In this document: positions 54,524-64,000 of the stretch, in pieces | Layout: every line of letters starts with the position of its first letter | How positions within the stretch are numbered: the stretch's first letter is position 1 | Assembly: GCA_001179505.1 (NCBI GenBank) | Contig: CDMY01000850.1 | Span: 124,001 to 188,000 of the forward strand | Reading direction: 5' to 3' | DNA: 64,000 nucleotides | From: Vitrella brassicaformis CCMP3155 | Taxonomy: Eukaryota > Protista > Chromerida | The notes under the pieces: generated by a model | Told to the model about the DNA's origin: nothing | Database searches by the model: none | The model's input: only the letters and a program-made list of their open reading frames with translations | Made by a program: the position numbers and the translations under genes

Positions 54524-55016
54524 CGGTCCGCCTTCTGCGAGCTCCACGTAATCTGCGAGCTCAGTTCAAAGCAGGTTAAAGGGAATCGACCGTCCCAGCG
54601 CATGGACACACGGACAATCTTACCCTTAACCACCACCAACGGAAAGGAGGACAAGCGCAGGACCAGGCGGCGTACATACATCGGCGCGTAGCTGTTCGGG
54701 ACCACGAGTGCTGCGGGTTGGAGTGCAGGAGACAGTCGGCGATTTTGCCTGGGGAGGTGTGACGTGCAGCGACGTGGGGGAGCTGCACTCTCAGCACTGA
54801 GCACGAATCGCAAGGCATGCAGCAGGCATCAGCGAAAGGAAAGCAGGTTACCCCATAGCAGGCGAGAAGACACTAGCCAGCAGCAGAAAAGCCATTGTCT
54901 GCGCATGTGTGACGTTTCAGAAGGGCAGGGCGGCCAGGACTAACTCAGGTGACCCCTTTGTCTCGCTCTGGGGTGGTTCGTTCGAGCAGCTGGCGCGTGT
55001 GGATCAGCCGTCGACC

Positions 55017-56122
55017 ATGGCGCCCCCTCAGGGAGACGAAGGGGAGGATCTGGATGAGGACTGTGACGAGCCTCGGCCGACATCCTCCAAGCCACCCAAA
55101 AAGGTGCCCAAATCGGGCTTCCCCGGTGTCAGGTATGCGTGCAACATGGCGAGAAGGGGTGCTGTTGTATTCTCTGTGTGTGTCGTTTGCGTGACATGCA
55201 GTTGGAATAGCCGCATGGCCTCGTGGTTGGCGTTCTGGACGGAGCCGAGCGGCCAACGGAGGTCCAAGACCTTCAACACCAAAGGACAGGGAGTCGAGGT
55301 GAGCCAACAAGCCAGGGGAGGTGTACGATGATGGCTGAATGATGTAACGTGATTGTTGTCCAGGCTGCCCGCCTTGAGGCTGTTGAGTACCTGAAGCTCA
55401 AGAAGTCGCTTCTCGCCGCTGCACCGCGGCGACGAGCCGTGCGGCCGGAGGAGCAGGAGCAGCTAGAAGGGATCGAGGACGCGGGAGAGCCGCCAGGTGA
55501 CGAGTACCAACACTTCACCCGGTCCAAGGGCGCCGGCGTCCCCCTCCCCATCCGCCAGGAGGTGCCTGACATTGACGCCCTACAGCCGCCCATCAAGCGC
55601 GAGAACAAGAAGAATAAGCGGCACAAGAAGCGCGAGCAATTCGACTTCGGCTGCCCAGACGGCGAGGAGGACACGACGCCGTTTGGGTTGCTGGGGGGCG
55701 GGGGCGGGGAGAACGAGGGGCGGTCGAGCTCCTCCAGGGGCCAGCCAGTGGACTATTTCCCCTATGTGCGGGAGAAATACGCTTATGTCTACACAGAGGG
55801 GTCCGGCAGGAAGCGGGCAAGGGACGAGCTGGAGGCGGGGGCGACCGACGCGCCCTGCAAGCCGCTACTCGGCGGCACCCTGCTGGACCACCCGCCCATC
55901 TTCTACCCCCCCATCATCCAGCCGACAGGCGTGACGATGGGCACCAGCCTCGGGGGCGGAGGCGGTGGCCAGACCGCCGCGGCACAGTCCCTGGGCGGTT
56001 CGCGGCCGGTGGTTGAGGATTGCGATGCGCCAGAGGCGAGCAGCGGCGCGTACGGTGCGGCAGAAATGGAGCCGAGCGTCCTCTTTGAGCAGATTGTGCG
56101 TGGTGTCGTGGGTGGCATGTAG
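55017..56122 (+). CDS. ApiAP2 transcription factor, single N-terminal AP2 domain (3 exons)
   Basis: Spliced AP2 KSGFPGVS|WNSRMASWLAFWTEPSGQRRSKTFNTKGQGVE|AARLEAVEYLKLKK. Confidence 0.88.
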
Positions 56123-56841
56123 AGATGCAGATATCTAGATGGATGGTGGCGGTAGCTCAGCTGGTGGGCTGGTGAGTGAGTGAGTGAATGAATGAATGGC
56201 TGGCCGTGCCGTGAGTGACCTTCAATTCGAGAGACAGACTGACTGACTGACTGATTGACTTGCATGGTGGATGGATGGCTGCTATGGTGGTCGGGTGGCG
56301 TACGCGTAAATCTTGTCCTTTGACTGAGGCGGTCGTATGAGAGGGAGGTACCTGCACCAGCGGTGTGTGTACAGCTAGAAGGGGAAGCTACTTGACACTC
56401 ACTCTTGATTTGCCGAATGGTATGATTGTTGATGCTGCTGTGCACACGAACACGGTGAGATGGCTCTGTGTCTTGCCCATGGACACCACGCTCAGCATTC
56501 AGTCCCTGCACACAGGACAGGAGGCAAGAGAGCTCAGTATGGTGTTGGCGGCATAGACACATCATGTGTGCTATGCTGCACGTAGAGATGATAGCATAGC
56601 ACACCCCACTTGATGAGCTGGTTAGGGGAGTGCATTAGCAGGCAGGCTGCAAGCAGGCAGGCAGACCAGTGAGTGACGACGGAGTGATTGACCGGTGTGG
56701 TGTGGTCGAATGGATTGCTGGGTGGGCATGGGCACGACTGATATCTAATTCATCTGCCGGTGTCTGTCTGAACAATCCACACACACACATACAAACTGAC
56801 TAGAACACAGAGCAACTCGTCTCGTCCGCCCTTTTCTCCTC

Positions 56842-57666
56842 AGCTCTCATGGCTGGCTGCAACCTTCTTCTCAGCAGCTGCTATCTCCCTTCCCCCTGCT
56901 ACCTACCTCCAGCCGACACCTCTTGCACCATCTTCTCGGCCACTCCCGAACTCTCTCGCCCAGGTATTACCTGCTCACTCTGTGCCTGAGCGGCGGCCTC
57001 GCTGGCGGCTGCTGATGCCTCTTGCGCAGCCTGTGCAGCTTCCCTGGCCTCGTCTGCCGCTTTCCTGGCCTCTTGCACCATCTCGCTCAACTCCTGCGTG
57101 TCGTCGTGAGAAGGTCTTGGTGTAGTGAGGGGCATATCTGGGCCGATGGCGGGAGAGGCAGTTGAGGGACGAGGGGGCGATTGAAGGGGACCCAGCGCCA
57201 GATCTCGTGCATTGCCGTCATCAGTGTGGGCCAACTCTGCCTCCTCCTTGGTCAGTGCAATGCACTGCGTGTCAATATCAGAAGTGACTGGCCGTCACTC
57301 GTATGCGCAAAAGCGGACATAGTCCATTCGGCCCCCCTGTGTTGCACTGATCACGCGGCCCATCACATCGAGGCAATCGCCCGTTTCGCTCCGACATTCA
57401 TCGGGCGTCGCTAATGCGGGCCCGGGCGGAGCACATTTGACGGTTACGTCGCCGATGATCTCGGATGCCTCGCGGGGCGCCACATAGCAGCAGTCACACG
57501 TACAGGCAAAGGGGGAGGCGGGCTGTCGAGAGTGGTGGAGCTGGACGGCCGAGAAAAAGGATGGGTGGTTCAGAAGATCTGTGCCGTGGTTGGATGCGGC
57601 CGAAGATGCTTGCTGGCCAGCTGACAGCACCTGGCTCAGGGAGAGATGGATAAGGAGCAGGAACAT
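56842..57666 (-). CDS. Putative secreted protein with Cys-rich domain and Ala/Glu helical repeat
   Basis: Hydrophobic MFLLLIHLSLSQVLSA; CTCDCC...C...C...C cluster; EARKAADEAREAAQAAQEASAAASEAAAQA. Splice sites and 3' end are uncertain. Confidence 0.55.
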
Positions 57667-57860
57667 GCGAAGGCAATCGGTTTGCCTCGCGACCTCGGGT
57701 GCTCTCCTCGTCACCCCCTTCGAATCTGCGAGCTAGGCTCGCAGGGAAAATTCACTCTGAGAACGGAGGCCAACGCGGTTCACATTCGCACCACATCCGG
57801 AAGCTCTCCGTGACCCCCCATTTTGCGATAAGGGCCGTCCCCTTGCGGGATATATCCGCG

Positions 57861-59995
57861 ATGGCGGTTGGGATGCGTGTTTCTCGTCTTTCTCGCCAGA
57901 GACCGAGTCATCGGCGCAGGCGGACGACTCGTGTGACTTCGCCCCTCGGTCAGGCGCAGCTCGTGGGCTTGAATGTCACGAGGAAGATAGCAAAGGGGTG
58001 AGCCTGGAAATGGGGCTACACCAGAACACAACACAAATCCATGCAGCTCTGCATGGTCTCGTGTGTCCAGGCTCGGAGAGGCTCGTCGTTCCATCACGGA
58101 GTTCTTCTCGACTCTCCCAGACCTCTGTGGCTGTGCGGACGAGCGGTGCAATCGCCGCCGGGCCTCGGAATATGACGAGACGGACGCTGAGTACGATGAC
58201 CTCAGACGGGTATCCTTCAAGCTCCACCGAACCAGACAGCCGTCGCGCTTCTCTCAAGTGGCGGCCACCGAGTGGGAGGATGACTATGACGACCAAGAGG
58301 ACGATTTCGACAGCTTCGAAGCCGGGAGACGCGAAACACGGTCGCGGTCGTCGATTGCCCCTTTGCTGCGCGAGAGCGTACTACGCAACAGGAAGCGGTC
58401 CCTCGTGCAGAAGTCCATCCTGAAGAGGCAAGCGGATCAGGGGCGAGACACGGTGACGAGTCAGCGGCTGATACAGGCCCCACCCACTATGTTGGGGAGC
58501 GAGACGCGTGGCAGCAGCAGATACGCACCTCATGGTGGCGGCGTTGGACTCAAGGAGGGCGCAAACACTGAGAAGATGCGGCGTGTGGGCGAGGTGGGGG
58601 AGAGGGGCATGAGTATGATGAGTGTGACCGATCACGCGGGGTCGAGAGGCGGCACGATCGAGAGTTGCGGCGGACCATCAGGGGCGCAGGGCCACTGAGA
58701 CGGGCGAAGAGGTCGAAGACCTGACTGATGAGGTGAGGAGACAGCGCTGGTGTGCACCGAGCGACATGTGTATCTATGTGCAGGCAAGGGCTGCCGCTGG
58801 ATTGACGAAAGAGGACTTGGAGGTCTTTCGACGGAATCCCCCTCGACTGTCCATCGTCGCTGCATCAAATGAATCGGACGGTAGGTATGTGGGTGACCCC
58901 AGGCAGCTCAGTTGACCACAGGCATTCCGTCTTTCTGTCTGCACAGAGAGCGAGTTCCCGTACGCCCACTCTGACGCGGATGAGGAGTACGTGCCGACCG
59001 ACCCGGATATTTCGCCCAAGTCGCGGTACCTACCTGTGGACACCAACGTAGCCACGAGCCTGGGAGTGCACCACGCACGACCTGACGAAGCCAGAGCCGG
59101 CGTGAGCAAAGCACTGCCTGCAGCAGGACGTCTTAGCCAGCGTGTGTTGGCTACTCTCTCCATGTATGGGATGGGTGGTATGGTATGGTATTCTGTTGGT
59201 TGGTTTGCAGAAGCGTTCGTCTGCCATCCGGCGTGAGAAGGTTAAGTCCGTGGCCAAGAACCTACAAGGTAGAGAACCTGACAAATAATGCCACACCCGC
59301 TGTGTCTGTCTACCTTGATGCACCCCTCCCATGCAGGCTACCTGGAGAAGCCTCGCGCGCAGAAGTCGATGCCACTCAACCTGGGCTGGATGACGCGTAA
59401 GTTGCAAACAGGGGACATCTGTCGGCGTTCAGCCCACCTTGCTCTATGCCCTTCCTGTCTGTTTTCGTTGGGCAGAGTCGCTTCCGTGTGCGCGTCGTTT
59501 CTACCATGTGACGCCTGATGGTCATCTGTTGACGTGGTACAACTCACATCAGGCCGCCACTGAGGGCAAGAAGGACCCCAATGGCGCCATTCCACTCTCA
59601 TCGGTGAGCTATCGAGCCAACGAGCCAACGAACGAGAGAGACAGAGGCAGCCGAGCAAGAGAGCCATGGAGACATGGGGCGGAAGGATTGTGGGCTGTTT
59701 AAATGAGTGTGTCATGCAGGTGTTGGCGGTTCGCGTGACGGGCTCTCACGACAATCACTTCAAGATATTCTGCAGACTCGGCACAGAAGAGACGTGGGCG
59801 AATGCCAAGAAGCATTCCCTCAGCTCTCTCTGCTCGATTTGGGGGGGCAGGTTTGCGATATGAGTATGTCGTGTCTCTGTGTGTCTACACTTCAGGGCGA
59901 AGGTGTACAAGTGCGACACGGACGGTGAGCGTCAGATGTGGGTCAACGGCCTGAATGAACTCATACAGCTGCACAAAGACCAGGGGACCGCATAA
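57861..59995 (+). CDS. PH-domain protein with long disordered N-terminus
   Basis: C-terminal PH features HAGYLEKP...GWMT|RRFYHV...LTWY...PNGAIPLSS|V...CDTDGERQMWVNGLNELI. The start is approximate. Confidence 0.75.
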
Positions 59996-60419
59996 CGACA
60001 GACACGAGCTGGTGCTGATCTAGATAAGAGGTTGGCTGTGCTGGCTGATTGCAGCAAAAGGATATGTAGGACATTCATAATAATTCCGTATGTGTGTGTG
60101 TGGAGTGGAGTGGACCCTGCAAAGTGTCCTTTGGATTTGATTCATTCATCCAATGCCCATGGCACACATGGCGGCATGGCCGGATCCAGGGCAAGCGTCA
60201 AGGCTGACAAATAGTCCCACACTCATGGCACAACACCTAGGCACACACCAGTATGCACACGCACAGCCCCTCCCCCCACTCCCCCATTCTCTACAGCTAA
60301 TACACAAAGGCAACACCACTAACACGAGGTGTGGAAAACTGATCCAGGCATCGCATCATGGACGCGATGCCTGGCCTGCCTCTCCCTCTTATCATGTCTG
60401 TCACTCCTCAAGTACATAA

Positions 60420-62367
60420 GTCAGTGGGTGTGCCTGTGTGTCCTGTGCGGCCGTGCGTCTGCCTTTGCCTTGCGTGTCTTGGTGTCCTCCGTGTAGGCCG
60501 TATCGACGGCGAAGAAAGCGAAAGGGTCCAGGAAGGCAGCTGTCATGTCGGCCTCTGGGTCAGGCTGCACACACCCATGCAAGATGATGAATGACGTGTC
60601 TTTGTTGTGTGTATATGGGCTGGGCTTACGAAGTCGTCATTGTCAGTGTCCATCAGCCGTTGGTACTCTTCCGGCACGCTGCCCTCGGTGATCATGGCCT
60701 CCTCATCGACGTCATCGAGTGCATCCTCCAGCTGCATCAGCAGCACCGCCTCACTCGGACTCTCGCCTGGCGCATGATGAGACTCGACGGAAGGCGGCAT
60801 GCTCCCCGTCTCCAGGAAATATGCCACACTCTCGTGACCCTGCACACACGACACCACACAACGCATAAAGACTGACATGGATGATGTGTGTCTGAGCGAG
60901 TGGGGGAGTGGACACTGACCTTCCGCATGGCAGAGTCGAGTGCAGTTTCGTTGCGGAGGCCCCTCACCTCAATCAGCGCCTCACCTCCCGCCTCAATCAG
61001 CCTCGCACAGATGGCCAGGTGGTTCTTGGATGCCGCGTTGTGCAACGGGGTCTCACCAAGGGCATCCAGTGCCCATACGCTTCCCCTATCACACTGAAGG
61101 AGGGAGGGGACTTGTGGATGTGGTGGGTCATGTGTGTCTATCTCACCCACCTCCACAAGAGCATCTGCAACCTCGGCATTCCCACAGGCAGCAGCCACGT
61201 GTAGGGGGGTCGACCAGCCGTGACGATAGTCACCAATCCTCGACCGACAGTCGAGAGATGCCCCTGCCATCGGACGCTTCACACCTCCAGCCAGAGCTTC
61301 ACACCTGTTCAAACAGACAGGAGTGCGCCGGTGTCTGCTGCAGCTACCTGGATGTATTTGTTGGCCTGCATCGATTCAATCACCTTGCGATTATCTGGAT
61401 GATCTCCCGGCGACCCTTGGGTGTAGCTGCAGAGTGCAGGAGAGACCAGCCTGCATTGTCCCGTGTGTGGATGTCAGCGCCAGCCTCTATGAGCAAACTG
61501 ACACCAGCTGTCGACCCCTCCTCAACAGCAGCCTGACACACAGCAACGACAGTGCCACCTATGGATCGCCTGCGTCTGCGATCACGTCTTTCCTTCCTCC
61601 CCACCTGCAGCGGTGTCTTGCCCTTCTTGTCTCTCGACTCCAGATCAGCGCCCCTCCGTATTAACAGATCCACCACCTTCCGGCCCCTCCTCCCTGCTCG
61701 AGCAGCGAGATGCAAGCAACTCTCGCCAGCCGCATTGCGCAGATTCGTCAGCGCAGGTAACCCAGAGCTCGACTGGCTTCCTTCTGTGTTGTCCAAGAGC
61801 CATTCAACAGTCTCCAGATGGCCCTTGGCGCAGGCAAGGTGCAGTGGTGTGTTGAGGCTCTTGTCACGCGCGAAGACGCCCGTTTGTCGCGACAGCAGCT
61901 GAGTGAGGTCGGTGCCGGTCTCCCCCCTTGCTGCCATTTCTTGCCACGCTGCATCGGTCCTCTCCTCGATGTCAATCTTGCTGATGTGGTCAGTCAGGGC
62001 AACACAGATCTTGGTGTGGCCATGAAGAGCCGCCAGGTGGAGAGGCGTCGACCCTGACGCGTCGGTGAGGATGGGATCGGCATTGTGGTCGAGAAGGAAC
62101 CGCACCACCTCGAGAAGGCCTCGCTCACTCGCCTTGTGGAGGGCCGTCTGTCCCGTGGAATCCGTGTCGTCGATGGTCACAGTGATGTCGTCGCGTAGCA
62201 GCAGCCGGCCGACATTGACAAATTCGTGTGCCAGGGCATACCGCTGGATGGCGGGCAGCTCTGTAGCGTCAGCGGCCTGACGTGTCCTTATCCACTCTGA
62301 TAACCTGAGCAGCCACACAGCAGCATCAAATAGCGCCACACACATTAAACAGGAACACACGCCCTGT

Positions 62368-62405
<38 letters not shown>

Positions 62406-62814
62406 TTCCTGACCGGTCTGCCACTGCCCGTGCCAGCGTTGGATCCATTGCAGCCACACGAGCGGGGTCCAGCTGCAGTTGATGGATAAGTGACGCCACC
62501 TTCCTCGCCTCGTCTGTCGTCATTGCGGCCCCATGCGAGATGTGGAAGCCTCCCTGGTGCTCAAGATACTCCCTGATCCGGCTGTGGGTATGGGGAGGCG
62601 CATGGGCATGCGCTGCTGCGACCACCCGGATAGTGCGGACGCTCTTGCGGCGCCGTGTTGCGGGTGCATGAGGCGGTAGGAAGGCATGAGAGCTGCGGGA
62701 AGGCCCGAGGGCGTGCCGTTTTGTCCTGCTGATGAGTGCCATCTGGACCGCGCCGAAGCAGCTGGCAGCATAGAAGAGAGGGAAGATCAGCGTCAGACAA
62801 CAGCGGATCTCCAT
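60420..62814 (-). CDS. Ankyrin-repeat protein with N-terminal signal/transit-like leader
   Basis: Repeats GQTALHKAS, GSTPLHLAA, LNTPLHLAC, GESCLHLAA, GWSLLHSAA, WSTPLHVAA, GETPLHNAA. The 3' end is approximate. Confidence 0.85.
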
Positions 62815-62980
62815 ATATCCATGAAGGAATCAACGAACAGAGAACAGACGCAGCAGATAAGCCAATGGGCGGTTTGGTTGCGAGCTCCTGTGCGATCCAA
62901 ATTCTTCCGCCGGTTGCCGCTATTTCCCATTGTGAAACGATGCAGCAGCCTTCAGCAGTGTAGATCTGGCAGTGGTAGTG

Positions 62981-64000
62981 ATGAATCTATCGTTTGCAAT
63001 GAGTTTGTGGCTTTCAACTGGATTGCCGCTCTTCAACCATCTCGTGCGGTGCAGCTGCCAGTCATCCCCCTTGTTTGAGGCGACCATCCCTGCATGGCTC
63101 CGCTCGCGGGACTGGAAACTCGAACAGGACCCTACCTTCCTCACACAAGCACCCCCAGCCTCCCTCTGCCAAGAGGACAACAACCGCACTTGTGCAGCCC
63201 CTCCCACTGACCCGGATCGCCGCCACCTTCGCTCAATCGCCTACCCTCTCTTCAGCACCAACCTCCATCTCGGGGGCGAGGACATTTTCGTCTTCGAGCA
63301 TTTCTTCTACGGCATGACAGGCGGGCTCTTTCTCGAGGCGGGGGCAGCGGATGGCTTCCGCGAATCCAGCACCATGCTGCTGGAGAGGTATGCCGGTTGG
63401 CGGGGCATACACATCGAAGGGTCGCCCATCAACTACCGACTCCTGATCAACAACCGGCCTGATACCCTCAATCTCAATGCGGTGTTGTGCTCAGAGAGGG
63501 CAGGGGAAGACAACGACGGCGTCGTGACGTTTAAGGCGCAGGAGCTAATTGGAGGGATCGTCCGCTTTATGGAGCCGGGCAAGGTCCAGGGCCTCGATGT
63601 CCGCAATGTGACTGTAGATGGCAATGGGACTGTGCGCGTGGACCCCAATGTGACCGACCTGCCGGCAGCTGGGATTGCGAACCTCCCCTGCCTGTCGCTG
63701 AGGCGCGTCTTGCGTCGATTCGGCATCCGGCACATCAACTTTATGATGGTCGACATTGAGGGCGCCGAGTGGCCGGTGCTAGAGGCTTTCAACTTCTCAG
63801 ATGTCACTGTTGATGTGCTCGCCATCGAGACGAACGCACGGGAGGCGGGCACAGGGAAAGCCGACCTCTTCCAGGCCCACCTGTCGCAGTATGGCTATCG
63901 AATGACATACCCCATCCACGGGTACCTGGGGCTCAACACGTATTTCCTGCGCGAGGGCTTCGTGCCTTCCACCAGGCCAGGTGCGGGCAGACAAGCTGAC
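62981..64000 (+). CDS. FkbM (Methyltransf_21)-family SAM-dependent methyltransferase, intronless, runs off right edge
   Basis: Read manually, as it is absent from the ORF track (no stop in window). Open frame from ATG 62981 with GLFLEAGAADG, GWRGIHIEGSP, LPCLSLRRVL...INFMMVDIEGAEWPVLEAFNFSDVTVDVLAIE. Confidence 0.88.
   Translation, partial: MNLSFAMSLWLSTGLPLFNHLVRCSCQSSPLFEATIPAWLRSRDWKLEQDPTFLTQAPPASLCQEDNNRTCAAPPTDPDRRHLRSIAYPLFSTNLHLGGEDIFVFEHFFYGMTGGLFLEAGAADGFRESSTMLLERYAGWRGIHIEGSPINYRLLINNRPDTLNLNAVLCSERAGEDNDGVVTFKAQELIGGIVRFMEPGKVQGLDVRNVTVDGNGTVRVDPNVTDLPAAGIANLPCLSLRRVLRRFGIRHINFMMVDIEGAEWPVLEAFNFSDVTVDVLAIETNAREAGTGKADLFQAHLSQYGYRMTYPIHGYLGLNTYFLREGFVPSTRPGAGRQAD

Overview
Intron-rich, GC-rich eukaryotic nuclear DNA. 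The introns are short and full of (GT)n, (GGAT)n and (CAGG)n microsatellites. Gene content (ApiAP2 factors, a 4-EF-hand CDPK, alveolin-like repeats) points to a myzozoan alveolate, most likely a chromerid such as Vitrella (inference, no search run). I read about 20 spliced protein genes by hand: NELF-C/D (TH1)-like (partial), a Tudor-like hypothetical, a double F-box-like protein, RPB9, PRP40, RAMP4/SERP1, a ~9.8 kb multi-AP2 protein, a secreted GH1, an alveolin-like coiled coil, an hnRNP A/Musashi-like 2xRRM protein, a CDPK, NCBP1/CBP80, a lineage-specific family protein, a HAD-like hydrolase, isovaleryl-CoA dehydrogenase, a single-domain ApiAP2, a secreted Cys-rich protein, a PH-domain protein, an ankyrin protein and an intronless FkbM methyltransferase (partial). 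Eighteen of the 20 sit in tight head-to-head pairs. The standout is the minus-strand gene at 19899-29669. It carries 10 exon-sized copies of a divergent AP2-like module, 2 canonical AP2 domains, a SANT/Myb-like domain, 2 SAM-like domains and a duplicated unrecognised N-terminal domain. Other notable observations are a NELF-C/D homologue with a large insertion, a secreted GH1 with the 6-phospho-beta-glycosidase signature, and a PH protein with both RVxF and SILK PP1-docking motifs. No rRNA, tRNA, CRISPR array or transposon was seen. Exon coordinates were inferred by eye from GT/AG sites and reading phase and need RNA-seq confirmation. Family assignments come from recalled motifs, not database searches.
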